A stretch of DNA of 63,182 nt, filler included, from Reclinomonas americana ATCC 50394 (taxonomy: Eukaryota): assembly GCA_048213135.1 (NCBI GenBank). It is 20 parts of 20 records of this genome, joined end to end, with 100 filler letters (N's around TTAATTAATTAA, not from the genome) between each part and the next. Parts side by side here need not be neighbours in the genome. Positions count along the whole stretch, not along the records: positions 38,638 to 40,682 come from AFZH01020072.1; positions 40,783 to 42,392 come from AFZH01020075.1; positions 42,493 to 44,719 come from AFZH01020076.1; positions 44,820 to 47,072 come from AFZH01020077.1; positions 47,173 to 49,964 come from AFZH01020078.1; positions 50,065 to 54,227 come from AFZH01020079.1; 14 more parts are not named here. One strand, written 5' to 3'. Both the position numbers and the translations under genes were made by a program. Below, in pieces: positions 39,532 to 50,475 of this stretch (the first letter of the stretch is position 1; every line of letters begins with the position of its first letter). The notes under the pieces are model-generated. The model saw nothing but the letters and a program-made list of their open reading frames with translations, was not told the DNA's origin and did no database searches.

Positions 39532-39882
39532 ATGGGTCTCGCCCAATATGCCGATGGCGGTCTGTTCTCGCCGCGTAAGATCGCGAGCGCGCTGCGCACC
39601 ACGAGCGAAGAGATCGCCCGGACCGCCGGGCTCGGGAAGGACGCGATCCAGCGAAAAGATCGCATCAGCTCCGACAAGACGCAGCGGCGCCTGCGGGAAA
39701 TGACCGAGATCGTCAACAAGGTTGAGCCGCGGTTCGGCTCCGCCCTGATGGCTTATGCCTGGTATCGCTCCGAGCCGCTGCCTGGCTTCTCGGGTTTCAC
39801 GGCGATGCAGCTCGTCCGCGATGGCCGCGCCGACGAGGTCCTCGATTTTATCGACGCGGTCGATGCCGGCGTTCACGCCTGA
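39532..39882 (+). CDS. Xre/MbcA/ParS-type antitoxin
   Basis: HTH-like N-terminus and C-terminal AWYRSEPLPGFSGFTAMQLV..G; directly upstream of the RES toxin. Confidence 0.85.
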   Translation: MGLAQYADGGLFSPRKIASALRTTSEEIARTAGLGKDAIQRKDRISSDKTQRRLREMTEIVNKVEPRFGSALMAYAWYRSEPLPGFSGFTAMQLVRDGRADEVLDFIDAVDAGVHA

Positions 39883-39890
39883 TCTCGCCG

Positions 39891-40562
39891 ATGGAGTTTC
39901 GAGGGACACTCTACCGGGCGCTGAACCCGATCTATGCGCGCGAGCCGATGTCGGGACGCGGCGCGGAACTCTACGGAGGCCGGTTCAACCGAAAGGGAAC
40001 GCCGGCACTCTACACGTCACTTTCGATCGTGACCGCGCTGCGCGAGGCCAATCAGGCCGGCTCGCTGCAACCGACGACGCTCGTTTCCTATGACGCGGAG
40101 TTCGCGCGCATCTTCGACGCACGGGACGACATCGGTCTGCGAGCCGAAGGCATGGACCCTGCCGACCTCGCCGATCCCTCCTGGCGCGATCAGATGAGGG
40201 CGGCCGGAGAGGCGAGGACGCAAGCCTTCGCTAGGAGGCTCGCTGGAGCTGGCTATCACGGATTGCTGGTCAGGAGCTTCGCGCCCGGTGCGACCCGGGA
40301 CGATATGAACCTCGTTCTCTGGAGCTGGAGCGATGCGGCTTCCAGCCGGCTGACCTTGATCGACGACGAAGGTCGCCTCTCGCGATCGCCCGGCGCGGAC
40401 CGCCCTATCGACATGGAAAGCCGACTGCGCGACGGCGCAGCCGGCCGGATCAGCGCTCAAGCGGCCATGGCCCCGGGCTCGTCAATACCGTCGATGTCCT
40501 TCGACAACGCGGCTTCCACCTCGGCAAGCTGCCGGTGCTTTTCGGCGAGCTCGTCCCCATAG
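39891..40562 (+). CDS. RES-domain toxin (NAD+ phosphorylase family)
   Basis: LYR..SGRGA..GGRFN..ALYTS..ALRE..GLLVRS..NLVLW; the last ~55 aa may be spurious. Confidence 0.85.
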   Translation: MEFRGTLYRALNPIYAREPMSGRGAELYGGRFNRKGTPALYTSLSIVTALREANQAGSLQPTTLVSYDAEFARIFDARDDIGLRAEGMDPADLADPSWRDQMRAAGEARTQAFARRLAGAGYHGLLVRSFAPGATRDDMNLVLWSWSDAASSRLTLIDDEGRLSRSPGADRPIDMESRLRDGAAGRISAQAAMAPGSSIPSMSFDNAASTSASCRCFSASSSP

Positions 40563-40682
40563 GCGAATTCGCCCTCCCCGCGCGACTGGTACGAGCCGAG
40601 CCTGCGGCGGGCATCGCCCAGCAGCTGGCGATAGCGTTCGCGCTCACCCTCGAAGTCTACGAGGGCATGTTCGAGGCGGGAA
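40457..40682 (-). CDS. C-terminus of a large ICE-type methylase/SNF2-helicase protein (partial)
   Basis: SRLEHALVDFEGERERYRQLLGDARRRLGSYQSR..EFAYGDELAEKHRQLAEVEAAL..*, recalled as the typical tail of this family. Confidence 0.55.
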
Positions 40683-40782
40683 NNNNNNNNNNNNNNNNNN
40701 NNNNNNNNNNNNNNNNNNNNNNNNNNTTAATTAATTAANNNNNNNNNNNNNNNNNNNNNNNNNNNNNNNNNNNNNNNNNNNN

Positions 40783-41154
40783 GAGGCCTATCGCCGGCCC
40801 TTCCCGACGCCGGCCTCGCGCCGGCCGATCCTGAGCCTGCCGCGCGAATTGCCGATCGCCGGCGAGCCCGCCGATGTCCATGCCATCAGCACCGCCGACC
40901 ACGCCGCACTGCGCGCCTCGACCTATCCGAAGCTGCTGTTCTCCGGCGATCCCGGCGCGCTGATCTCGCCGCAGCAGGCACGGGAATTCGCCGCCGGCCT
41001 GACCAATTGCCGTCTCGTCGAGCTCGGCGGAGGCGCGCATTACCTGCAGGAGGACCATCCGATCGCGATCGGCGATGCCGTCCGCGACTGGCTCATCGCG
41101 ATCGGTATCGCGCAAGCGCCGGATATCCGCGGCCGGCAGGCGGCGGCCTGCTGA
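40783..41154 (+). CDS. Haloalkane dehalogenase, C-terminal part
   Basis: AYRRPFPTPASRRP..PRELPIAGEPADV..PKLLF.GDPGALI..GAHYLQEDHP, a DhaA/DbjA-like signature. Confidence 0.85.
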   Translation, partial: EAYRRPFPTPASRRPILSLPRELPIAGEPADVHAISTADHAALRASTYPKLLFSGDPGALISPQQAREFAAGLTNCRLVELGGGAHYLQEDHPIAIGDAVRDWLIAIGIAQAPDIRGRQAAAC

Positions 41155-42045
41155 TCACTCAGCGAAGACCTCGGCCAGCAGCTGCGCGGCTTCGTCCGGC
41201 GCCTCGACATGGACGAAATGGCCAGCGCTCTCGCAGAAGGTCACTTCGACATCGTCGAAATAATGCGACAGGAAGGTCGACCAGTCCGATTTCAGGATCG
41301 GGTCGTGCCGGCCCCAATGCACCCGCGTGCGCTGATGGATCGGCACCGACGGCGCCGGGTGGCCGTCGATCGCCGCGATCCGCGCCGCGTTCTGGCTGCG
41401 ATACCAGTCGAATCCGCCGCGCAGATTGCCGGGCTTCATGAAATTCTCGACGTAGGCGTCGAAGACCGGCGCGAAGGCCTCCTTGCGATGGCACCAATGC
41501 GTCAGGAAATGCCCGAGATAGAGCGCGCAGGCCTCGCGGCTGGAGCCGATCAACTGCTCCGCCAGCGGCAATTGCTGGAATGACTGGTACCAGATCTCGT
41601 TGATATGGCCGTCGCGGACCCAGGCCGAGCCGACGCTCGGTGTCGGGCAATTGAAGAACAAGAGCTTCTCGACCCGCTGCGGATGGCGCCGCGCCAGCCC
41701 CTGCGCGACATAGGCGCCGACATCATGGCCGACGACGCCGACCGGGCCGGTGCCGAGCGCCTCGAGCAGCGCCGCCATGTCGTCGGCATGGGCGTTGGCA
41801 CCGACATCGCTGCGCGGCGCCGATGATTTGCCGCTGTCGCCGAAGCCGCGCAGATCGGGTGCGATCAAACGGAACTCGCCATGCAGCCGATTCATGATCG
41901 GCAGCCAGCTCATCCAGAATTCCGGCCAGCCATGCAGCAGCAGCACCGCCGGGCCATCGCCGACCTCGGCGACGTGCAGGACGGTGTCACGGACGATCAC
42001 CTGACGGTGCCTGAGGCCGGGCGGCAAGGCGAAATCGCTGGACAT
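41155..42045 (-). CDS. Alpha/beta hydrolase, epoxide hydrolase-like
   Basis: [21 protein letters not shown] nucleophile, WY lid residues, GHFVHVE. Confidence 0.9.
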   Translation of the reverse strand: MSSDFALPPGLRHRQVIVRDTVLHVAEVGDGPAVLLLHGWPEFWMSWLPIMNRLHGEFRLIAPDLRGFGDSGKSSAPRSDVGANAHADDMAALLEALGTGPVGVVGHDVGAYVAQGLARRHPQRVEKLLFFNCPTPSVGSAWVRDGHINEIWYQSFQQLPLAEQLIGSSREACALYLGHFLTHWCHRKEAFAPVFDAYVENFMKPGNLRGGFDWYRSQNAARIAAIDGHPAPSVPIHQRTRVHWGRHDPILKSDWSTFLSHYFDDVEVTFCESAGHFVHVEAPDEAAQLLAEVFAE

Positions 42046-42235
42046 GACAGCTCCGGAGGCGAATCGCCCGTGAGGCTAGCGCCTAGCACCCGAGTCCCGC
42101 AATTCGTCGAATGGCAAAGCCTTCATGCGTTGCGGGTTGGGAGGCGATCGAGGCGCATGCGGGGATAGACCGCGATCTTATCCCCGGTGCTGTCGGCGGC
42201 CTCAGAATGGTGCGCTTCCAACCGGGGAGCACGCC

Positions 42236-43005
42236 ATGCCGAACCTGCCGTATCGTCCATCCAGCAACAGCGCGCGCTGGCGCGAGATCGTCCTTCTGCG
42301 CCGCCGGCTCGTCTCGCTGAAGGCGCAGACGCGGCTGCTCCGCCACGAACTCGCCCGCAAATACAATCCCGACCAGCCGCGCGTGCCGGCCGNNNNNNNN
42401 NNNNNNNNNNNNNNNNNNNNNNNNNNNNNNNNNNNNTTAATTAATTAANNNNNNNNNNNNNNNNNNNNNNNNNNNNNNNNNNNNNNNNNNNNCTCGACGG
42501 CTTGCAAGCTGTCGCCGGCTTCAATGCGGGGGATTATTCGCCCAGTGCCGATGCGATCAATCTGAGCTTCGTCGGCCAGCTCCGCGAGGATGAGGTCGAT
42601 CGCGCCTGCCCACGCTTTCAGGAGGTTCGCAGCCGCACCGATGCGGCAGTCGATACCGTCGGGCCGCGCAACAACTATCGTTCAGCAGCAGAATTCGGCA
42701 CTGCAGTTCATTCGAATCTGAAACATCAGGTCGAAAACCTGGGCGAACCAAATTTTCGCGCGGAGCGCTCATTTCTTAAAAGTTACTACGAAGGGCGCGG
42801 TGAGCAGGTTCCCTACGGCTCGCCAAACTCCCTTCGCATCGATGTCTATGAGCAGCGCGACAACGGAATCGTATGCGTTTATGATATCAAGACCGGCAAA
42901 TCTGGCTTGTCTCCTGACCGTGCGGCAGAGATTGCAAGAACCGTTTACAAGCGCTTCCTTGGTGTTCGCCGCATTATCGTAACAGAGGTCAGGCCAAGGC
43001 GATGA
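42236..43005 (+). CDS. Putative polymorphic toxin: KYNPDQPRVPA leader plus C-terminal PD-(D/E)xK-like nuclease (split by gap)
   Basis: N-part 42236-42392 with RBS GGGGAG. C-part 42493-43005 has FGTAVH..AERSF..RIDV..CVYDIKTG. Joining across the gap is inferred. Confidence 0.65.
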
Positions 43006-43673
43006 CGACGATCCGTCAGATCAACAAGCTCGTCGCGCCTCTGATCGCTCCACCCAGCGCTTTGGTTCAGAAAGCTGAGGCGCTCATCTTGTGCCCCGTA
43101 AATCACATAATCAATCAGTTGGCCATTTGGCGAACCTCCGAAGCGCGCCACTTCGAGGTAATATGGCACTGCTGCCCAGCTTTCGCTGATAGCTTCACGA
43201 CCTGGTGGCACGTTACATTTCTGCAAGCGCCTAGCCAACTCTGGTTTTGGTCGACACCCGGAATCCACGAAATCTTCATCGCTCGCGTCAATGAAGATAT
43301 TCTGCCACGCATGCGGGCTGCGCAGACAATAGACGGCTTCCTCCAGCATGTTTCGGAGCCGGAATTTTCAGCAAGGCGCCTGATCAATCACGTCGACACC
43401 GACATTCGTGTCGACATCGCCCGTGGCGATCTCGACACCGCCCGGATGAAATGCCGCGCACTGCATGAACGCTGCGCTCGTGACCCCGAATCCTACTGGG
43501 GACGGATCTGGCGCAGGACCACCGACCGCGCCGGCCCCCTGCTCGAAGCGGGCGACAAGCAGGCACTGATCGCGCTCCTGCACGAATGGGAGTGCGACCT
43601 GATCAGCAGGCTCGGTCTCGATGCGATCTACGAGCCAACACCCTTCCCGCTCGAACTCGCCGCGGGCGCCTGA
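43002..43673 (+). CDS. Putative immunity protein
   Basis: ATGA overlap with the toxin stop; low-GC 5' part; no enzyme motif. Confidence 0.6.
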   Translation: MTTIRQINKLVAPLIAPPSALVQKAEALILCPVNHIINQLAIWRTSEARHFEVIWHCCPAFADSFTTWWHVTFLQAPSQLWFWSTPGIHEIFIARVNEDILPRMRAAQTIDGFLQHVSEPEFSARRLINHVDTDIRVDIARGDLDTARMKCRALHERCARDPESYWGRIWRRTTDRAGPLLEAGDKQALIALLHEWECDLISRLGLDAIYEPTPFPLELAAGA

Positions 43674-43675
43674 TT

Positions 43676-44506
43676 TCAATTCCGCGTTGCGGTCGCCGTC
43701 ACGCCCGGATCGACCTTGAAGCTCGAGGCCTCGATCACCGCGGTGCCGATCATCGTCTTCACGGATATGCGCACCGGCAGCATCATGTTCGTCCCGGCGA
43801 CGGGGGCGAGCCAGGTCGAGATCTCCTTGTTCTCGGCCATGAACTTGGTCGAGGGGCGCAAGGAGCGGTGGCCGGCGATCGGGACATAGCGCGCCTGGCA
43901 GACTGAGACCGGGCCGCTATAGCCGTCGATCTTGATCTCGCGCGTGCCGGAATAGCTCAGCTTGATGTCGTAGCGCGCCGCGCCGTCGAAGATCGCCAGC
44001 GTGCGGTTGCAGGCAGCGGTGCCGCCATTGCGGCCAGAGGCCTCGACCGGCATCAGGAAGGCGCTGAGCGGGTCCATGATGTTGCGCTGGTGCTCGTCCT
44101 TGAGGGGAACGCGATCGGGCTTGGGGTCGATCGGCGGCTCGATCGCCAGCGCCTGCACGGCATTGCCGCCGAGCGCCATGCGCACCGTCCGGCTCTCGCT
44201 GGAATTGGCCGAAGACACGGCGAAGGTCGCCGGCGAGAGCCGGCTGCCGTTGAGGTTGCCGGTCGCGGTGCCCGAACCACGGCCGCCGGTGAAGCTGCCC
44301 ACCAGCCCGGTCAGCTTGGCGTTGGCGTCGAGCTTGTAGCTGCCGCCCTCGATGCCGCCGACAAGATTGGCCTTGCCGAGCGAGAGGCCGAGCAGGCTGA
44401 CGTCATAGGTCGCGTCGAGCGAGGCCGCCTGCGCAGCCTGCACCGGCAAGGCGAGCATCAGCGCGGCAATGAAGGCGCTGCTGGCAGGCGACAAAGCGAG
44501 CTTCAT
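43676..44506 (-). CDS. DUF3108 family exported protein
   Basis: Signal peptide, Y.VSLLGLSLG, DPLSA, C.RTLAIFDG..RYD and ISTWLAP. Confidence 0.8.
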   Translation of the reverse strand: MKLALSPASSAFIAALMLALPVQAAQAASLDATYDVSLLGLSLGKANLVGGIEGGSYKLDANAKLTGLVGSFTGGRGSGTATGNLNGSRLSPATFAVSSANSSESRTVRMALGGNAVQALAIEPPIDPKPDRVPLKDEHQRNIMDPLSAFLMPVEASGRNGGTAACNRTLAIFDGAARYDIKLSYSGTREIKIDGYSGPVSVCQARYVPIAGHRSLRPSTKFMAENKEISTWLAPVAGTNMMLPVRISVKTMIGTAVIEASSFKVDPGVTATATRN

Positions 44507-44637
44507 CTTGAGGCTCCGGAGCGCGACGGACGTCGTCGCATGCACTGAGATTCGGTCCGAATCGTGACTGGTTATCGCCAGCTTGGTGGGATAATGGTTA
44601 CCGAGATGTTTCCGCAGGCGTTTTCTCACCAGGCGCC

Positions 44638-44666
44638 TTGACGCCCTGCGACCCACCCGGTATAGA
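44638..44666 (+). promoter_or_regulatory. Sigma70-like promoter
   Basis: TTGACG-N17-TATAGA pointing toward the gap; the target gene is not in the window. Confidence 0.6.
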
Positions 44667-44819
44667 CCCGCCACTTCAATTTGACTTCCGGTGCTCGCCT
44701 GCCGGCACGTCGCGTGTCGNNNNNNNNNNNNNNNNNNNNNNNNNNNNNNNNNNNNNNNNNNNNTTAATTAATTAANNNNNNNNNNNNNNNNNNNNNNNNN
44801 NNNNNNNNNNNNNNNNNNN

Positions 44820-45183
44820 CGATCAGCGCCAGGAACTCGCCCGCAAGCTGGCGCCGCCCGAACGGAAAATGCTCGGTGACGACGATATCGGGCGAAAGCT
44901 CGCGCGCCAGGGCGGCCAGCCGCTCGCGCCGCGCTGCAAGCCGTTCCGGCGTCGCGGTCTCACCGTTCTCGTCGAGCAGGTTGCGGAAATCCGTGCCTTC
45001 GGTACGCACCGGCGGCAATTGCACGAAACGATAATCCTCTGCCGCCTTGCCGTCCGGCATGCCGCCGCTGGCGAGTGTCACCTCATGGCCCGCTCCGGCC
45101 AGAGCCCGCGCCAATTGCCGCGCCCGCACGAGATGGCCGATCCCAAGCAGATGCGTGACCGCGATCAGGATGCGCGCGCTCAT
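44820..45183 (-). CDS. GT-B glycosyltransferase (GT28-like), truncated
   Basis: VTHLLGIGHLVRA..VTLASGG..PDIVVTEHFPFGRR. Confidence 0.85.
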
Positions 45184-46451
45184 GGCGCCGCGGCGCCCTT
45201 GCCGGCGACCGCCTCGCGCAGCGCCCGATATACCCGCTCCAGCCCGGCTTGCGCCGAGAACTCGGTCCTCAGCCTGTTGAAGGCCGCATCGCCGAGTTTC
45301 GCGCGCCATTGCGGATCGCGGGACAACCCGTCCAGCGCCTTGGCCAGTGCCGTGACGTCGCCCGGCCGCAGCAGCAGCCCTTCACGCCCGTGCTGCACGA
45401 ATTCCGGGATGCCGGCGAAGTCGGTCGCGACGATCGGCAGGGCCTGGCTCGCCGCCTCCATCACCACATTGGGCAGGCCGTCCCGGTCGCCATTCTCCGC
45501 CTGCTTCGAGGGCAGGACGAAGAGATCGGCCTCGCGCAACGCTGCGATCACCGCACCTTGTGCCAGCGCTCCGCGCCATTCGATCCGCGCGGCAAGGCCG
45601 AGCTTCTCGGCTTGCGCTTTCAAGGCGGCGAGCATCTCGCCGCCGCCGATATGGACGAGGCGCCAGTTCAGCTCGGCCGGCAGGATCGCCAGCGCCGCCA
45701 AGAGGTCGTCGAAACCCTTCTTCGCCACGGCCCGCCCGATGGTGATGAACCGTACCGGCTTGGCCGGATCGGAGCCGTCGCGCAGCGCCCGCGCCTCGGG
45801 CGGAGCCGGAAAGCGCGCCAGATCGAGCCCGTGATAGAGCAGCGCGACCTTGTCCGGCCGGTCGGCCAGGCGGGTAAGCTCGGCATGGCCGTCACGGGTG
45901 CAGGTCACGCCCCAGCACGCGTCCGTGATCTTCTCGCGCTTTTCCCAGTCCGGAGTGGTCCAGATGTCCTTGGCATGGGCTGAGAACGACCACGAGAGGC
46001 CCCGACTCAGAGCCGCATAGCGGATCACCGAGGCTGGCGTGTGCAGGTAATGGACATGGAGATGGCGGGTACCCGCCGGCAGCTCGCGGGCCATCACGCA
46101 GGCCTGGCCGAAACGGCGCAGGCGGTTGCGCGTCCGGTCACGGGAAAGATCGCGCAAAAAGACGCCAAGCAGCCTGACGATGCTCGGCCGCAAGACGGCC
46201 CGCGCAATGCCGCGCACCACCCTCGGCCAGTCATCGTGCAGATATTCCGGCAGGTAGTGCAGCGGCGCCGTGATCTCCTGGTGCATCATGTGCCGCGCGC
46301 CATCGGTCGGATGGCGCAGCGACCAGATCGCGAAGGACAGGCCGAGCCGCTGCAGGCCGAGCAATTCCTGGGCGATGAAGGTTTCCGACAGGCGTGGATA
46401 GCCCTTCATCGCGATCGCGACCGCCGGCCCCTCGGACTCAACGCGGCTCAT
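45180..46451 (-). CDS. GT4 glycosyltransferase
   Basis: KGYPRLSETFI, HAKDI, GRAVAKKG and DRDGLPNVVMEA. Confidence 0.9.
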   Translation of the reverse strand: MSRVESEGPAVAIAMKGYPRLSETFIAQELLGLQRLGLSFAIWSLRHPTDGARHMMHQEITAPLHYLPEYLHDDWPRVVRGIARAVLRPSIVRLLGVFLRDLSRDRTRNRLRRFGQACVMARELPAGTRHLHVHYLHTPASVIRYAALSRGLSWSFSAHAKDIWTTPDWEKREKITDACWGVTCTRDGHAELTRLADRPDKVALLYHGLDLARFPAPPEARALRDGSDPAKPVRFITIGRAVAKKGFDDLLAALAILPAELNWRLVHIGGGEMLAALKAQAEKLGLAARIEWRGALAQGAVIAALREADLFVLPSKQAENGDRDGLPNVVMEAASQALPIVATDFAGIPEFVQHGREGLLLRPGDVTALAKALDGLSRDPQWRAKLGDAAFNRLRTEFSAQAGLERVYRALREAVAGKGAAAP

Positions 46452-47072
46452 CGACGCCCGATCAGCATGAAGCGGGTATAGTTCTTCGTCGGCAGCGCGC
46501 CGGCGAACCACAGCTCCGACAGCCCGGCCTGCGCCTTGAACGCATCGAGCGAGGGCACGCAGCTGCGATGGTCGGGCTCGCGGACATAGTCGTTCGATTG
46601 CAGCAATAGCGGCAGTCCGGCGGGCAGGCCGGCGACCCAGCCGGGCACATCATCGAGATGTTCGCAGCTGGTGTTGATCACCAGCCCCGGCCGTCCGCCC
46701 TCGGCCCGTTCGAAATCGAGGCCCATCATGTCGGCCGTCACCGCCCGGAAACGCCCGGACGCGACATGGCGGTGATTGAGAATCTCGGCGATCGGCGCGC
46801 AATCGGGGTCGATGTCGAGGCTGACCAGCTGCGCGATGGCGAGCCGCTCGTCCGCCAGCAGCATCGCCCCGAGCACGCCATGCCAGGCCCCGAGTACCCA
46901 GACCGGCCCATCCGGCTTCGGCAGGACCTCGGCAAGCATCTCGACCAGCCAGCGCTTCGAGGCGATCTGCTTGGGATTGAAGGCGATCGAGATGTCGGCC
47001 CGGACGCCCTTGCCGATCAGCCGGGCAAGGTCGGCGACGGGAGCGTCGCCGGTCAGCGCCGCGACGCCACGC
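46448..47072 (-). CDS. Class I SAM-dependent methyltransferase-like protein, 5'-partial
   Basis: AFNPKQIASKRWL, VLGAWHG, SLDIDP, INTSCEH and RFMLIG. Confidence 0.7.
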
Positions 47073-47172
47073 NNNNNNNNNNNNNNNNNNNNNNNNNNNN
47101 NNNNNNNNNNNNNNNNTTAATTAATTAANNNNNNNNNNNNNNNNNNNNNNNNNNNNNNNNNNNNNNNNNNNN

Positions 47173-49359
47173 ATAGGTCTTGAAGCTGTGCCGGGCGCGC
47201 AGCACCCGTCGGCGCAGGGCGATGTCGAGCAGGTTGAGCCGATGCTTGGGCTCGATATAGCCGAGCGCGAGCGCGACCAGCTCACGCTGCACGGTCGGAT
47301 CGAGCGGACTGCGCCGGTCGTGCCGCCGCAGCGCCTCGGCGAGCTCGCCGAGCTTCTCAAGGTCGATCTCGCCGCCGAAGGCATAGCGCTCGAACAGTGT
47401 GTGCCCCTGCGGCAGACCGGCGAAGATCTCGACCAGCGTCGAGGCGATGCGCCCGCCGATCTCGGCGAGCGGCTCCTCCAGCGCCTCGGCCTGAAGCACC
47501 GAGCGGGCATAGGGGTCCTCGAGCAGGAAATCGGCCGGCTGGCGGCCATTGCGCATCGCACCGAAGACGAGGTTCTCGGCGATCGTCGCATTGGCGTTGT
47601 AGCGATCGAGGTCGAAGGTCTCGATCAGCCCGCCGAGCTTGGTCTTGGTCAGCTCGGCCGCCACCACCTTTCGTGCTTCGATGATGCGCTCGGCCGCCCC
47701 TTCCGCCAGCGGCGCGATCACCTTGGCGTCGAGACCGAGCTCGTAGATCTCGTCGGCGCAGCCGAGCGTGTCGAGCACGGCGAGCACGCGCTCCTCGAGC
47801 GCCTCCTCGCCGTCGAGTCCCACGCCCTCATAGTCGTTCCAGTCGGCGGCGAAGGGCAGCGGCGTGTTGCCCGCTCGCAGCGCCTCGATGAAGCGGCGAT
47901 GCTCCTGCTGGTCCACGGCACGGTCCGGCTTCACCACCGGGCGCCGGCGCTTCAGCGGCAGCAGGATGTTTTCGCGCAAGCTGCCGTTGATGATCTCGAT
48001 CTCGGGCCCGGCATAGCCGATGATATGGCTGGCGCGCTCGACGCTGATCGCCGAGAGCGGCTCGCCGTCGATCAGGACGCGCCCGCCATAGCTCATCGTC
48101 TGCCGGCCGAGGATGCGGCCGAGCGTGTCGCGCCCGCCGCCGGCAGGCCCGATCAGCGCGACCTGGCCCGGTCGCTGGAAGGTCGTTGCCAGCGGCATCA
48201 GCAAAGGCTGGCCGCGGTTGTCGACCATCTCGACCTTGTCGAGCCGGATCTCGCCGCGCGGCGGCAACGGCGCGATCTCGCCCTTCTCCTCCAGCGTCAC
48301 CACCTCGCTCGGGCTGAACTGCTGGATCACCTGCTCGTATTTGATGGTGACGTCATTGCGCTGCTGCTCCCAGTCGATCAGCTCCTTGATCGGCGGCGGC
48401 AGGTCGCGATAGGCGGCGATCACCGCGACGAGCTGGCCGATGTCGAGCCGGCCCTGCAAAGCGAAGAAGCCGCCGATCGCGTAGAAGAAGAAGGGCGTGA
48501 TCTGCGCCATCAGGTTGTTCAGGAACTTGACGGCGAATTTTCGCTTGTAGAGCGCATAGCGGATGTCGAACAGCGCACCGAGCCGCCCGGCGATGTCGGA
48601 CTGGATATAGGAGGTCGCGCCATTGCCCTGGATGGTCGGCCCGGCATCGACGATCTCGCCGATCCGCCCGGCGAGCTGGCGCGAGGCGATCTGGCGCTCG
48701 CGGCCGAGCCTGAGCTGCTCCTTGCGCAGGATCGGGATGATCACCGCCTGCATCAGCACGATGACCAGCGCGATCGAGCCGAGCCAGACGCTCTGCATCA
48801 TGATGAAGATTAGCGCGGTCAGCGCCTGGCTGAGCAGGAAGGCCGGCTGGATGAAGGCGTCGCCGACGAAGCTGCCGATCGGCTCGACCTCGTCCTTGAT
48901 CATGCTCGCGACCTCGGCCGGCTTGACCGAGCGGATATCCTCGGGCCGGAAGCGCATCAGCTGGCTGAACAGATCGTAGCGCATGCGCCGGAGCATGCGT
49001 TCGCCGAGCACGCCCTTCTGTACGTTGACGAGATATTTGAAGCCGCCGTTGATCAGGACGAGCACGAGGAAATAGAAACTCAGCGTCAGCAGGAGCCCGA
49101 GCTGGCCGACCTTGAAGCCCTCGAAGACCTGAATGCTGCCGCCACCGAGGACCTCCGGCCAGTGCAGCGTCCAGTCGAACACCGTCGCGCTCGTCCTGCC
49201 GTTCCTGAAGGCGCCGCCCTGGATGGCGTCGTTGACGATGCGCCTGGGCACGTCGAAGGACAGCCAGTTGAACGGGATCGAGACCAGGATCACGAGCAGA
49301 ACGATGATCTGCTCCCGGCGGCTCTTCTGCCAGACGTAACGGAAGAGGCTTCTCTCCAA
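47173..49359 (-). CDS. Fused ABC exporter (TMD plus degenerate NBD), 3'-truncated
   Basis: Type-1 exporter TMD; the Walker A is degenerate (GPAGGGRDT) and the NBD carries a large insertion; TTG start inferred. Confidence 0.85.
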
Positions 49360-49678
49360 GGGGCTTTCCCATCCCGCATCCGGACGGGCGAACACCCTGC
49401 CGGCTTGCCCCCCATATGGTAGCAGTTCACCACGCGGCGCAACATGCCGCTGGACTCGACGCACGCGGCAGTTTCAAGTTCCCTCGGGACAGGCGCTGCG
49501 GCCGAGCCATTGCGCTGTTGCAAGATCGTCATCGAGACGGGACAAGGACGGCGGGAACGGGAGCACGGAACACTGCGTTGCTGCGGCAGGGGGAACCCGG
49601 CTGCGGGTCGACCGGGATGACGGCGCAGCGCGTGCAACCGGCAACACGAACATCAGGGGACGACGGCGGCAGCCGCAG

Positions 49679-49964
49679 ATGAACATTCTCGAGATCAACG
49701 ACCTCCGGATCGGCTTCACCATCCATGGCTTCGCTCGCGATGTCGTGAAGGGCGTCGACTTCCGGATCCCGGCCGGCAAGACGGTGGCGCTCGTCGGCGA
49801 GTCCGGCTCGGGCAAGTCGGTGATCTCGCAGGCGATCATGGGCCTGCTGCCGCGCGCCGGCGCCATCACCGGCGGCAGCATCCTGTTCCGCGACCCGCAA
49901 ACGCCCGACGCCGTCATCGACATCGCGACCTTGCCGGCCGAAGGCAAGGAGATCCGCGACCTGC
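49679..49964 (+). CDS. Dipeptide/oligopeptide-type ABC ATP-binding protein, truncated
   Basis: ALVGESGSGKS. Confidence 0.9.
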
Positions 49965-50064
49965 NNNNNNNNNNNNNNNNNNNNNNNNNNNNNNNNNNNN
50001 NNNNNNNNTTAATTAATTAANNNNNNNNNNNNNNNNNNNNNNNNNNNNNNNNNNNNNNNNNNNN

Positions 50065-50381
50065 CCTGCTTCCGCAATTTCGCGCTTGGGCCGGCCGGCG
50101 GCCCCAGCCTCGTCAACACCGATCTCGACCTGATCGACTGGAACAATGGCCGCGTCGGCCGCCAGCCCGACGACCTTCTGACGGAGATGGCGCGATTGCT
50201 CGCAGCCCGCCGCACGGATCCGGCTCCGACCCGGCGTTTCGGTCTGCTGCTGCACCATCACGACCACGAGACCACCACGTGGAGCTTCCTCACGAATCTG
50301 CTGTCGCGGCTCTCTGGTCACGCAGCCGTCGCATTGTGCGGTCCCGATGCACTCTTCGGCGCGGCAACCTACTTGGATTGA
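50065..50381 (+). CDS. Polysaccharide deacetylase-like protein, C-terminal part
   Basis: VNTDLDLIDW..FGLLLHHHDH..WSFL..L. Confidence 0.6.
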
Positions 50382-50475
50382 CGCGCTGCCGGCGCTATGG
50401 TTTCGGCCAGTTCGGGTGCGTTCTGTGCGTCCCCCGGAGGCCATCTGACCTTCAAGCAGAGGACGCGACGCGCGC

